Part shown: piece by piece, positions 49,801 through 58,733 of the stretch | How positions within the stretch are numbered: position 1 is the first letter of the stretch | How the letters are laid out: every line of letters starts with the position of its first letter | Origin: Nitrospirae bacterium MYbin3 | Lineage (GTDB): Bacteria; Nitrospirota; Thermodesulfovibrionia; Thermodesulfovibrionales; Dissulfurispiraceae | Assembly: GCA_002753335.1 (NCBI GenBank) | Contig: PEAD01000015.1 | Span: 1 to 64,000 of the forward strand | Length of the DNA stretch: 64,000 nt | Reading direction: 5' to 3' | Notes under the pieces: model-generated | What the model saw: only the letters and a program-made list of their open reading frames with translations | Databases searched by the model: none | Told to the model about the DNA's origin: nothing | Translations under genes and position numbers: made by a program

Positions 49801-50190
49801 GCTGGCGTCATCGGTGTTTGTGCCGCTGCTGCTTATAGTGCTGTTATTGGTGTCATCCAAAAGATTGAATATAGCGCGCTTGGCTATATCAAGACGGCTG
49901 CATTTAGAACTGCAACCGGTCTTGGAGCTGCCGCAAAAACCGCCTGAACAGCCGCTGCCTGAGCAGGCTGTAGTATTGGCGACACATGAGTTTGTGGCCC
50001 CATAAGTCTGCATATCTCCCGCAGGGTTGTACACGCTCATGCTTAGGGAAAGGTCCAAAGCTATCAAAGCATCAGGCGAAACCGGGTTCGAAAACAAGGT
50101 ACTCTCGTCAGCAGCGTGGGCAGCTACCGTTAAAGCCAGTGATAAAAAGAGCACAGAAAAAACAATCGGAATTTTCGTGGCGCTAAACAT
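46873..50190 (-). CDS. pilY1: PilY1/PilC type IV pilus tip adhesin (Cys-rich vWA domain plus beta-propeller)
   Basis: Signal peptide, DLSLSM/ITDGED MIDAS, LGDVWHSNP, GANDGQFH, YFVDG, DSDNDGFID Ca-binding loop, C-terminal YWRD. Confidence 0.88.
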   Translation of the reverse strand: MFSATKIPIVFSVLFLSLALTVAAHAADESTLFSNPVSPDALIALDLSLSMSVYNPAGDMQTYGATNSCVANTTACSGSGCSGGFCGSSKTGCSSKCSRLDIAKRAIFNLLDDTNNSTISSSGTNTDDASLNIRLGLMTFVGCDTTAEADDGDTASGCIRIVNEIATNTKYSSIYCGSNSSCLSTVTSGGVAGLSTAGYTPVASLLREAKIYLDANKTTDTAAACRDKFVILITDGEDTLACNKVSAVDRDNMGYKRRRATVDRAKALADAGYKVFVVGLGANMPFYLKNTLNWTAYYGGTYNPDATQTGDTTKYTPYAAASDTATPAACGTSNPPTQKMTCCKFNCSSSTGLDCATPTLTNVLPSTAYSDNSSTANYCAATTGTSDGTCGTTTSTDNDPGGIPSSITGTTINTAGGLDGYAFIASNGDELTAALKRAVNVIRAAAYSFSVTTVSSARITSENNIYEASFQPIDNESFWMGHLKKYSINADGSVGSVVWDAGTQMQAQGHSSRTMKTYNGSLVNFDTTLTPQILGVGDNTTKRNRVVGYFRGETSTDNATNYNQDDWKLGDVWHSNPVVLTSPSPYFSDAIDTSNPKAWEAFRTGHQRTSSGCSSGACRVIVVGANDGQFHVIKASDGSEAFSFIPPNLLRKLQQVSHMSHPPPAGISHQYFVDGPVSAQDVWLGSGAGTTKNSSDWKTVVVFGEGRGAGSYLFSSSVNCAADNATYSETWTSATPYHCGYYALNFTDTLNPTYMWHLGGTTAMDNATGTYFAQPWSKMAIGRVKISGNEKWVGFVGGGTYDYSCGSGGFSNDSSSRLGKGFYVVDLSDGSILWKYTKTNNASLDYPIAASPAVLDSDNDGFIDTVYVATMGGDMWRFKLCKDNGDNCGATSNWAAGLAVGTSGGDIRPVYTAATISKDTTGNIWIYYGTGDKQCPSASGAQEQFYAFKDGGGSYSSSADFQNITAAGSTYSGVKQGWRMNFAGSGEKMLAEPTVFAGSVYFTTYTPPSGSGVCTQGGTGKLYGVNYTTGAGTVDAAANKSKTLGTGIPSAPLVSIRPDGAGADLYVTNSGGAGLDTQTQKVPGVTPSFPSNRSNMLYWRDKRVQ

Positions 50191-50202
50191 GGAGGCCTCC
50201 TT

Positions 50203-50703
50203 TTATCCGCCTGCGGCGGGCTGACCGGTGCTTATCTCGATAGGGCCGTATGCGATGCCTACATCAACGGACATGCTGCTGTTATAGCGAGTATTGGTTC
50301 CTGTAACCGTCTTGTTGGTAACGCTGTAGCCGTAATTTTTGCTGTTGCTGCCGCCTATTTCATAACCGGCCATCGGCATAGAAACGGGAACTCCTGAAAT
50401 GGTTGAGGTGGATATGGAATAGTATGTGTCCGGGTCTGTAGCCGCATCCACTTGCGTGCTTGACAATGTATAGTTTGTCATCGAACCTGCATTGGTATTG
50501 GTGGCCGAAATAAGCGCATGAATCCCCGCTTCGGTAGCAGCAAAGGCCTTATACTCGCCAACCATGCGCGTACTTACCCTAACATCCCTTGTTGTTATGG
50601 TGTACATAAGGGTTGACAATGCCATCAATATCAACAGCACCACTAAGGCGCTGACAAGAGCAAAACCTTTTTCATTTTCAGTTCGTTTCATGACAGCCTC
50701 CAA
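50203..50703 (-). CDS. pilX: Minor pilin, PilX-like
   Basis: EKG|FALVSAL lacking E5; KAFAATEAGI. Confidence 0.8.
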   Translation of the reverse strand: MEAVMKRTENEKGFALVSALVVLLILMALSTLMYTITTRDVRVSTRMVGEYKAFAATEAGIHALISATNTNAGSMTNYTLSSTQVDAATDPDTYYSISTSTISGVPVSMPMAGYEIGGSNSKNYGYSVTNKTVTGTNTRYNSSMSVDVGIAYGPIEISTGQPAAGG

Positions 50704-50706
50704 TTC

Positions 50707-51525
50707 TCAATAATTAATCGCATGGTTCCTCGGAACAACGCTGGTCGAATATATCATGCGCTGCCGTTTGTTCGCGTTCGGATCTTCTGTTTCTACCGCG
50801 AGCTTTATGTCTATACGCCTTATGCTCGCTATCGCGGTTGATTTTGTGTTTGCGTCTAAGGAAGTAAGGTTTGATTCGAGAATCTGCGTGTTCGTCGCAT
50901 CCCAATATGTGAACATAGGAATGCCGAGAGCAGTGTTAATAACATAAACCCCGCGTGGATTGCCGGACGCGATATTGGTGGGGCTTTCCCCCAAAAACGG
51001 CTGGCCGTTGCCTCCTGTAGATCCCGAAGTGCAGCATGTGCATCTTGTTATATACTGGTTTGTGGTGTCATAAACATACCGTATCACCTCGTTCGGCTGT
51101 CCCGTGCTGCCGATAATCCCGTCTCCATTAATATCGGCCTCTACCATAATGGCGGTTGACGATGACTCCATTATGCCTCTCCGTGAAGTATATGCCGGGG
51201 ATGATGTCAGGACACTACATTGGCCACTGCTGTTTGAGGCCGGATCTGCCCATATTGTAGAGGTCCCCGGGGTGGTTGTGGTGGGGTTGTAAGAGGCCAT
51301 GCCTATCTCCATCGCCATCATATCGAGCACCGCCCTCACATCCTGCTGTCCCGAAACTTTCTTCTCCTCGGTTCTTGTAGCGTAAGTGCTCGCCTGTATT
51401 GCTATCAGCATGCCGCCCATCAACATTATAGATATAGCTACCGCAAGCAGCATCTCAACAAGAGAGAATCCTTTATTATTTTTAATCATGGTATACATGC
51501 AATTGCTCCAGGACATGTCGAACAC
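50707..51525 (-). CDS. pilW: Minor pilin, PilW-like
   Basis: KG|FSLVEMLLA, QQDVRAVLDMM..EI, C-terminal VVPRN; true start is probably near MIKNNKG. Confidence 0.8.
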   Translation of the reverse strand: MFDMSWSNCMYTMIKNNKGFSLVEMLLAVAISIMLMGGMLIAIQASTYATRTEEKKVSGQQDVRAVLDMMAMEIGMASYNPTTTTPGTSTIWADPASNSSGQCSVLTSSPAYTSRRGIMESSSTAIMVEADINGDGIIGSTGQPNEVIRYVYDTTNQYITRCTCCTSGSTGGNGQPFLGESPTNIASGNPRGVYVINTALGIPMFTYWDATNTQILESNLTSLDANTKSTAIASIRRIDIKLAVETEDPNANKRQRMIYSTSVVPRNHAINY

Positions 51526-51935
51526 CCCGATTTAAAAAATTCCTGATTGCTGACCACTATGCTCTCGGAATATCCGGTTGTGTTGCCGGGCCATGTAACC
51601 TTAACCGTCACCCTCCACATAGAGCCTACAGCAGCAACGGTTCGCTGCACAGTAAACGGCAGGTCGCCCGACTGCCAAGTGCTTCCGCTCGAATAGACGT
51701 TAGTTGTGCTATTCGTCGGGGTAGCGCAACAACAGTTCATTATGGCGAGCTGTGCCTGTTCCAGATTCTGATGCATAAGGGCTGCTGCGCGCCCGATGCG
51801 GTCGGACTGAAGTGTAAGCTTTGAACCTTGAGGGAAAACAGCAAGCGTGCCAATTATGCCTATCATAAGTATCACCAACGCGACTATCACCTCTAAAAGC
51901 GTAAGGCCGCGGTTATTGCAATGTGTAGGTAACAT
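51486..51935 (-). CDS. pilV: Minor pilin, PilV-like
   Basis: RG|LTLLEVIVALVIL; RVTVKVTW. Confidence 0.8.
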   Translation of the reverse strand: MLPTHCNNRGLTLLEVIVALVILMIGIIGTLAVFPQGSKLTLQSDRIGRAAALMHQNLEQAQLAIMNCCCATPTNSTTNVYSSGSTWQSGDLPFTVQRTVAAVGSMWRVTVKVTWPGNTTGYSESIVVSNQEFFKSGCSTCPGAIACIP

Positions 51936-52392
51936 AGGCCTTCCCTGTAATATTAACAGTTATAACCGCACTTGACCCCCCGCAGGTCACAAGAGTAACC
52001 GAGCCCGGAGTTATCGTACCTCTCGTATCAAACTGTACAATAGCGCCCGAAAATGGGTTTCCGCTTATGCTTATACCCGAGTCAAAAGTATTAATGTTCG
52101 TTGTGGAAAGATTAGTGTAAGCAGCACATGGCACCTCAGCAACATTGTTGCACCGGCTGATTGTATAGCTGGACCCGGAAAAAGTTAGCCTGTACAATCT
52201 ATTCTCAGATGTGGTCTTTAGTTTCAGTTCGATAAAATCCCCCTGAATACTTCTTGCCGCTGTTTTTAGTCTGTTGTTTTGTATGTAATGCATAAGATTC
52301 GGAAAACCGACCGCAATCATAGCCCCCATTACCGCGACGATTACCAAAAGTTCTACAAGCGTGAAGCCTTTTTTATTTTGTCTTGATATCAT
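51913..52392 (-). CDS. Minor pilin, FimT/FimU-like
   Basis: KG|FTLVELL, RLKTAAR, VQFDTRG. Confidence 0.8.
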   Translation of the reverse strand: MISRQNKKGFTLVELLVIVAVMGAMIAVGFPNLMHYIQNNRLKTAARSIQGDFIELKLKTTSENRLYRLTFSGSSYTISRCNNVAEVPCAAYTNLSTTNINTFDSGISISGNPFSGAIVQFDTRGTITPGSVTLVTCGGSSAVITVNITGKAYVTYTLQ

Positions 52393-52419
52393 CTGTTTTC
52401 TCCCTGCCCTAAAAACTAA

Positions 52420-52435
52420 AGCAATTTTAATGCCT
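52420..52435 (-). promoter_or_regulatory. Putative sigma54 (-24/-12) promoter of the minor pilin operon
   Basis: Minus strand AGGCATTAAAATTGCT, which is GG-N10-GC. Confidence 0.65.
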
Positions 52436-52478
52436 CAAAATTAATTATTATTTTTCAACAATAACCTATTAAAACAAA

Positions 52479-52510
52479 CAAAGACTATGTAACTGCTTAC
52501 ATAGTCTTTG
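52479..52510 (-). terminator. Hairpin after pilQ (probable terminator)
   Basis: CAAAGACTATGTAA-CTGC-TTACATAGTCTTTG with a T-rich tail on the minus strand. Confidence 0.6.
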
Positions 52511-52540
52511 GGTAGTACGATTCACACTTTGTGCCAAAAG

Positions 52541-54715
52541 TTATATCTTCATTATTCTCGGTGTGATAAAGATTATAAGCTCTTCGGTGTCATCGGCATC
52601 GGTCTTAGTCTTAAATAGCCATCCAAGCCCGGGTATTTTAGACAGCCCCGGAGTGCCCTGCTCGTTCTTAGTGGTAGAATTTTTCATTATGCCGCCTATT
52701 ACTACGGTTTCACCATCTTTTACCATAATCTGCGTCTGAGCCTGTCTGGTGTCTATGGCAGGATTGCCCTGAGTATCCCTGAAAGCCCAGTCCGGCTCGT
52801 CCTTATTAATTTCAACCTTAAGCACCATAGTGCCGTCCGGAGCGATCTGCGGGGTTACCGTAAGCTTAAGGTTGGCGTCAATATAAGTAGTGGTATAGTT
52901 TCCGTCCTTGCCTACAGTGGTAATAGGAACCCTTTTGCCGTGCTTGATAACAGCCTGCTCATTTTCTAACGTCATGACTCTCGGATTAGAAAGTATCTTG
53001 CCTTTACCCGAACCTTCAATAGCAGAAAGCCTCATATCCAAACCAATAGTTTGAGCAGCATTCAGGTATGACATGGTTACCGCGGCGGTGGGATTTGCAT
53101 ACGATGTGTTCGTGATCGCTCCGACGCCCATAAGAGAAGTATTAAAGCTCGAACTAAGAGTTGTAGAGTCTAGCCTGTCGCCTGCTGAAGGCACAAAGGT
53201 CGGTGATGACCCGCCCTGCGACTGCAATGCTGAAGCGCCTCTTGATCCTGCATACTGAAGGCCGTTCCTGCCGCCCACTGAAAATCTCCTCATTCCCCAT
53301 TCAACACCCAAGCTTTTGTATGCGTTGGATTTCATCTCGACTATGCGGGCTTCGATAAGCACCTGCGGGGTTGCTATATCCAGCATTTCCACAAGCTTCT
53401 GTATCTCAGAGATTCCGGTCGGAGTATCCTTGACTATCAGGGAACGGGTTCTCACATCTGTGCTGATGCTGCCTCTCATAGACAAAACCTTCGCATCTTT
53501 AATAGCAGCGCTAATCTTGTCAACATTGGCGTAGTTGACCACAAAGACCTTTGTGAGAATATCTTCGGCCTTTGTCTGTGCCTCTTTCGTATCAACTAAA
53601 GCTTTTTTCTCATCCTGAAAAACTTTATTGGGAGCGATTCTTATCACATTGCCCTCTATCGCTTTTTCGAGCGTAAAGGTTTTAAGGATCAAGTCCAGAG
53701 ACTGCTCCCACTCAACATTAGCCAGCTTCATCGTTATCTTGCCCTTTACATCAGGGTGTATCAGGATGTTATACCCGCCAACATCACCCAACAGCCTCAG
53801 TATCGGCAGTATATCGGCATCCTGAAAATCTAGCGATACGGTCTGGGGCTTAGGCTTTAAGGCTTCGGCCGTTCTGGACGAATCCATCTGCATCGCCGAA
53901 TCCTTGGCGCCGTCTTTTTTAATTACGTTTTTATCGAGAATGCTTACTACCACCTCATCGTCAACAACGGTAACCTCGGTATAGTAGCCTCTCTGGAGTT
54001 CGAGCATAAACCTGATGCGATCCTTCTCATCCCTGTAACGAATTCCTTTTACAGGGGACGGCACGGATGAAGGCATAGAGGCCTTCATTATAACGTCAGG
54101 AACATCTATATATACCGAATTTTCGAGCTCAATAACCGAAGGCTCAGAAAGATTGCCGTCGCTCTTGATAATCAAATCATAGCCCTCGTTAGTCTTGTCA
54201 AAGAAAACACCGGTTATCTCTTTTGCGGTGCCCTTATCCGAAATATCAGTCGCTGCCGGCATACTCCTTTCAACAGATGCAGAAACTTCTCTAACCGGTG
54301 CAGCATCCTTTACCGGCTTATCATTCCTTTCGGCAACCAGCGTAAGGGTGTTCGATGATTTATTGGCTTTAACTTCCATCGGCGACTGAAGCAGAATATC
54401 TAGCTTTGTCATCGTAGAAGGGTAAGTCACAGCAATTGGGGTAACCTCGGTTATACCCTGCTTATAAGAAATTATTTTTGTCCTGTAATTGCCGCTGCTT
54501 ATGCCTTCAAGGTCAACGATAACGCGAAACGGATCGGCCGAATTCTGCAGCTTATATGTAAAGGGGCCGTCCGCCTTAACGGTGACCGAATAATCCGAAA
54601 CCGTTATGTCGGTTATTTTAGAAAGACCTGTTTTTTCTCCTGCCTGCGCTGTTGCGGCAAAGATTAAAAAGCAGGAGACGGCAAGAAACAGGAATGCTGC
54701 AGCAATTTTTTTCAT
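52541..54715 (-). CDS. pilQ: Type IV pilus secretin with AMIN domains
   Basis: SLDFQDADI, PQVLIEARIVE, LSNPRVMT, VKDGETVVIGG, ELIIFITPRI. Confidence 0.95.
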   Translation of the reverse strand: MKKIAAAFLFLAVSCFLIFAATAQAGEKTGLSKITDITVSDYSVTVKADGPFTYKLQNSADPFRVIVDLEGISSGNYRTKIISYKQGITEVTPIAVTYPSTMTKLDILLQSPMEVKANKSSNTLTLVAERNDKPVKDAAPVREVSASVERSMPAATDISDKGTAKEITGVFFDKTNEGYDLIIKSDGNLSEPSVIELENSVYIDVPDVIMKASMPSSVPSPVKGIRYRDEKDRIRFMLELQRGYYTEVTVVDDEVVVSILDKNVIKKDGAKDSAMQMDSSRTAEALKPKPQTVSLDFQDADILPILRLLGDVGGYNILIHPDVKGKITMKLANVEWEQSLDLILKTFTLEKAIEGNVIRIAPNKVFQDEKKALVDTKEAQTKAEDILTKVFVVNYANVDKISAAIKDAKVLSMRGSISTDVRTRSLIVKDTPTGISEIQKLVEMLDIATPQVLIEARIVEMKSNAYKSLGVEWGMRRFSVGGRNGLQYAGSRGASALQSQGGSSPTFVPSAGDRLDSTTLSSSFNTSLMGVGAITNTSYANPTAAVTMSYLNAAQTIGLDMRLSAIEGSGKGKILSNPRVMTLENEQAVIKHGKRVPITTVGKDGNYTTTYIDANLKLTVTPQIAPDGTMVLKVEINKDEPDWAFRDTQGNPAIDTRQAQTQIMVKDGETVVIGGIMKNSTTKNEQGTPGLSKIPGLGWLFKTKTDADDTEELIIFITPRIMKI

Positions 54716-55392
54716 TCTTCCCCCCTGCGGAGTTTTAAAGGATTCTCCTTGATAATGAGCCTTCCTCTTTCGTCCTTTATTTTCTCTTTAATAATAACAG
54801 AATCCTGAGTTATTTTATAAACGCGTCCTTCACTGGAACATACGAGCATGCCTGCCCTGACAGTATATGATTTGCCGTCAGGAAGCTTTACGAGTCCATA
54901 GTATCCTTCTTTGCCTTTTACAATAGCGGTAAGCTGAACATCGGCCAACGAGCAGTCTTCAAGCGGGCTCAACCTCTTTTTATCGGTCTTCTTTTCTAAA
55001 ATTTCTTTAGGGATAAGCAGCGGCATAAAAGGGTCGCGCTTTCCTAAGGAGGTGTATTGAGCCGGCTGCTGAGTCTGAGGAGGCAATTGCGCGGTTTTGT
55101 TGTCAGGCTTTACCGACTGCACCGTCTTATTGTCAGTCTTTCCCTGATGAATAGTTTTATTGTCAGACTGCGCGGTTTTGTTGTCGGGCTGTTTCTTTGC
55201 GGTGGCATTGTCTTTGCCCTTAGGCATAGGCACAGCAGCGGGCTTTGCCGTTGTAGGTTGCTCAGAAGAAGAGGGCATCAGAAAAAATATCGCGACCCCA
55301 GCAATAATTAAAACCAGGACCCCCCCCACAACCATCTGCAGGCGGCGGTCGGATTTAAGTTTTTCTATGATGTCCCCAACCTGAAAGCCCAA
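54712..55392 (-). CDS. pilP: Pilus assembly protein PilP with a repetitive linker
   Basis: KRDPFMPL, SPLE, LTAIV; position between pilO and pilQ. Confidence 0.85.
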   Translation of the reverse strand: MGFQVGDIIEKLKSDRRLQMVVGGVLVLIIAGVAIFFLMPSSSEQPTTAKPAAVPMPKGKDNATAKKQPDNKTAQSDNKTIHQGKTDNKTVQSVKPDNKTAQLPPQTQQPAQYTSLGKRDPFMPLLIPKEILEKKTDKKRLSPLEDCSLADVQLTAIVKGKEGYYGLVKLPDGKSYTVRAGMLVCSSEGRVYKITQDSVIIKEKIKDERGRLIIKENPLKLRRGEE

Positions 55393-55393
55393 G

Positions 55394-56053
55394 CTACTTC
55401 TTCTCCTTATCTTTTTTCTCTTTTTCTTCTTTTTCCTTCTTTGCTTTTTCTTTGAGAATCTTTTTCTCTTTCTCTGGTATCATCGAATACGTTGCTGCTA
55501 TAAATTCCACATTCACCAGCGACAATGTTTTGCTGTCTTTAACTTTACTGCCCTCGATGCCTATATTCGAAACATTAACAAGCCTGTCAAGCCCCGCTAT
55601 TTTGCTGAACAACATTCCTGCGTTATGATAATAGCCGCTCAACTGAACGACTAAAGGTATCTCATACACTTCGTTGCTCGGATGAACCACACGCACTTTG
55701 GGCTTCCAAGACTGTATTGTCATGCCCTCTTTTATGCTGAGTTCCGAGATCTGTTTAAGTAATCCGGAAATCTCTTTTTCCTCAGGCAGCTTTCGCTTAA
55801 GTTCTGCGAGTTTTGCCGAAATTATTGTATTCTCGGATTTAATCTTGCCCATCTTGGCGGTATCTTTTTTAAGGCTATCTATAACCTTGGTCTGGTTGTC
55901 CAGCTCTTCTCCAAGCTTGCCCATAGTCTCATAGTCCGGCATCATGAAAAGATAAACGGCCAACCCTATTATCAGCACAGGCGGGATGATCAGAAGCAGC
56001 TTCTTCTGAACAGGCGTCATTGTCTCTACATTGATGTTTAGTTCAAGCCCCAT
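55394..56053 (-). CDS. pilO: Pilus assembly protein PilO
   Basis: LPEEKEISGLL, GYYHN, LDRLVNV. Confidence 0.9.
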   Translation of the reverse strand: MGLELNINVETMTPVQKKLLLIIPPVLIIGLAVYLFMMPDYETMGKLGEELDNQTKVIDSLKKDTAKMGKIKSENTIISAKLAELKRKLPEEKEISGLLKQISELSIKEGMTIQSWKPKVRVVHPSNEVYEIPLVVQLSGYYHNAGMLFSKIAGLDRLVNVSNIGIEGSKVKDSKTLSLVNVEFIAATYSMIPEKEKKILKEKAKKEKEEKEKKDKEKK

Positions 56054-56703
56054 TATCCACCCACCAGCACCATGAATTTATATACAGGCGTCTTGGCTAT
56101 CTCTTCGCGTTTGGTTTCGGCTAAATAGGCAATGGCATATTTCTTTTTTATATTAGCTATATATGAAACTATGTCATTATTTGTAAAAGCATATCCTTCA
56201 AGATAAATAGCCTTTCCTGAAGCCATTATGTCCTTGTACTCCATCGTAGAACTGAACGCAGCAAACTTTTCGGGGTTGGATGCCTCGCGCACAAGGTCCT
56301 TATCCAGAAACGCAACTACGGTGAGCCATACACCTTCGGGAAGCATCGAACTCATATCATCAAGCACCGTTACGGGCAAAGACTGTTTTTTGCTGAGCGT
56401 TTCTATAAGCCCGCTGAACTGCTCCATCTCTTTTTTCATGTCTTCAAGCTTTATGACATCTGCTGCCTGCTTTTCAAGGTCGGCGAGAGTTTTTTTATTC
56501 GTTTCGATCTGGTCTTTCAGGCTCGATACTTTATGCATCAAGTAGGCGGTGCCGCCGCCGGCAATAAGCAGGGCCAAGCCTGTGGTGGCCCCCAATATTA
56601 TGAGAAACATCTTGGGGCCTTGAAGCGCTGAAGGGGCTTTTTTCTTTTTCTTCTTCTTTTTCTTCTGTTCTTCGGTTACTGTGAGAAGATTGATTTTTAT
56701 CAT
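56053..56703 (-). CDS. pilN: Pilus assembly protein PilN
   Basis: MIKINLL, LPEGVWLT. Confidence 0.9.
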   Translation of the reverse strand: MIKINLLTVTEEQKKKKKKKKKAPSALQGPKMFLIILGATTGLALLIAGGGTAYLMHKVSSLKDQIETNKKTLADLEKQAADVIKLEDMKKEMEQFSGLIETLSKKQSLPVTVLDDMSSMLPEGVWLTVVAFLDKDLVREASNPEKFAAFSSTMEYKDIMASGKAIYLEGYAFTNNDIVSYIANIKKKYAIAYLAETKREEIAKTPVYKFMVLVGG

Positions 56704-57765
56704 CTACTTGTCATCCTCACGCCTTAGAGCAAGCCCGACAGCTACTGCAGCCATCGGCCCCATATCCTTAAGGAACTCCTTGTTGAGTGCATCAGGAATT
56801 TTAAATCTTTTGAAAGGATCGGCAACCTCCACCTCAATGCCCAGCCTCTCTCCGAGCGCTTCAGAAAACCCCTTAATTAGGGCCGCTCCGCCGGCGAGTA
56901 TTATGCCGTTTATCTCCTCAAAACCGACGCTGCTCCTGAAGTAGTCGAAAGAGCGTGATATCTCTCCAAATATATCCTCAGATGCATTAGCGATAACAGT
57001 CTCTGCCTGTTCGGGATCAACTCCGTCGATGGCGCGTCCCATTTTCAGCCTCTCGGCATCCTCTTTTGATATGCTCAACTCCTCTACAAGCATATCAGTA
57101 TGATGGCCGCTTCCTATCGCGCTGTCTCTGGTGAAAACAGGCAGTCCGTCCTGAAGTATGTTTATTATCGAATTCGTGGCGCCTATGTTTATCAGCGCAG
57201 CAATCCGCTTCTCGCTTATATCGTAATTGAATTCGTACATATTGCTGAGCGCAAAAGAATCAACATCGGCAAGGATAACATCAAGGCCCGCATCTTCAGC
57301 AACTTCAACATAGTCATTTATCACGGTCTTCTTTGCCGCAACCAGAACAACATCCATCTGCCCCTCTTCATCCTGCTTGGGGCCGAGTATCTGAAAATCA
57401 AGGTTGACATCATTGATGTCAAAAGGTATGTATTGCTCAGCTTCATAGCGTATAGAATTGGTGAGCTCTTCTTCGGTCATTGTGGGGATTGTGATGCGTT
57501 TTATTATTACGGATGAATGGCCCGAAACGCCTATGATTGCATCGGCAGACTTGCAGCCGGTCTTTTTCATAAGTTCGCGTATCACCGAAGTAATATGTCC
57601 TTTATCGGTGATCGCTCCTTCAGTTATCGTACCCGGAAGAAGCGGCATCATATCGTAGAAGCCAAGTTCGTATCCGCCCTCTTTAACATCCTTTAACTGC
57701 ACCATCTTTACATAGCTAGTGCCTATATCAAGGCCTACGATATAATTCTTCTTCTTAAAAAACAT
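56704..57765 (-). CDS. pilM: Pilus assembly ATPase-like protein PilM
   Basis: VGLDIGTS, EAEQYIPF, LAGGAA, AVAVGLALR. Confidence 0.93.
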   Translation of the reverse strand: MFFKKKNYIVGLDIGTSYVKMVQLKDVKEGGYELGFYDMMPLLPGTITEGAITDKGHITSVIRELMKKTGCKSADAIIGVSGHSSVIIKRITIPTMTEEELTNSIRYEAEQYIPFDINDVNLDFQILGPKQDEEGQMDVVLVAAKKTVINDYVEVAEDAGLDVILADVDSFALSNMYEFNYDISEKRIAALINIGATNSIINILQDGLPVFTRDSAIGSGHHTDMLVEELSISKEDAERLKMGRAIDGVDPEQAETVIANASEDIFGEISRSFDYFRSSVGFEEINGIILAGGAALIKGFSEALGERLGIEVEVADPFKRFKIPDALNKEFLKDMGPMAAVAVGLALRREDDK

Positions 57766-57819
57766 AGTCTTTTTTACCAGAATCGGCGGGGAAAGTCAAG
57801 AAAAAAACCTTGCCGAGCC

Positions 57820-58293
57820 TCATGAATCCTTGTTTTTACCAAACTCAAGGATTTTTTCCACAATGCCGGTGGTTGACATTCCATTCACAAACGGCAGACT
57901 GCAGGTCTCTTTTGCTATGTCAGAACCCACGATATCCTCCTTCTTCCAATCTCCACCTTTCACCAGAAAATCAGGCCGCAGTTGTTTGATCAACTCATAC
58001 GGCGTGTCCTCTTCGAATATCGTTACAAAATCTACGGCTATCAGTGAGGCAAGCAGCTCAGCCCTGTACGCCTCTGGCACTATCGGCCTGTTGGGTTTTA
58101 AATCTTTTACGGATGTATCTGAATTCAACCCCACTATTAATATATCGCCTAAACCTTTCGATTCCTTTAGATATCTTACGTGCCCCACATGAAGAATATC
58201 GAAACAGCCGTTGGTAAAAACTATCTTCTTGCCCTCTGTTCTGAGCGCATCTATTCTTTTTATGAGCTCTTGGCGTTCGAGTATTTCGCCCAT
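57820..58293 (-). CDS. rfaE2: D-glycero-beta-D-manno-heptose 1-phosphate adenylyltransferase
   Basis: FTNGCFDILHVGH, GLNSD, VKGGDW, STTGI. Confidence 0.92.
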   Translation of the reverse strand: MGEILERQELIKRIDALRTEGKKIVFTNGCFDILHVGHVRYLKESKGLGDILIVGLNSDTSVKDLKPNRPIVPEAYRAELLASLIAVDFVTIFEEDTPYELIKQLRPDFLVKGGDWKKEDIVGSDIAKETCSLPFVNGMSTTGIVEKILEFGKNKDS

Positions 58294-58727
58294 ATTATGC
58301 TGCTCGCCTCCTTAAGAATCTCTTTGTCTCTTTTATAAGAAAGGGTATTCATAGCATCTTCGATGCCAAACCATCTTGCCTCGTCAACTTCCCAGTTGTG
58401 ATCGTCTGTGCTGCCTTCAATATATTCCACGAGATAATAGGTTACGGTTTTTCTGCATTTAAGATTTTCGTTCTTTAAAAAAAACCAGTACGCCTTCTCG
58501 CCTAACATTTCGAGGACTCTGCCTGACAGTCCTGTCTCTTCACGTATCTCTCTCACAGCAGCATCTTCTCTTTCCTCGCCCCTGTTAATCATACCTTTAG
58601 GAAGAGTCCAAATAGTGCTGTTCTTGTTTGCAATCAAGGTGACCTGCGGAGCAGCCTCCACAAATCTAAAAATCACACCGCCTGCAGAGTGCATATGTTT
58701 GATAGTTGCAGGCCTTGCGGTTTTCAT
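58260..58727 (-). CDS. NUDIX hydrolase
   Basis: Nudix box PKG...E..EDAAVREIREETGL. Confidence 0.9.
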   Translation of the reverse strand: MKTARPATIKHMHSAGGVIFRFVEAAPQVTLIANKNSTIWTLPKGMINRGEEREDAAVREIREETGLSGRVLEMLGEKAYWFFLKNENLKCRKTVTYYLVEYIEGSTDDHNWEVDEARWFGIEDAMNTLSYKRDKEILKEASSIIWAKYSNAKSS

Positions 58728-58733
58728 AGCATG

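Noticed and set aside
52520..52540. Second sigma54 promoter (TGGCAC) just after pilQ
   Set aside because: The -12 position reads GA rather than GC; the site at 52420-52435 fits better.
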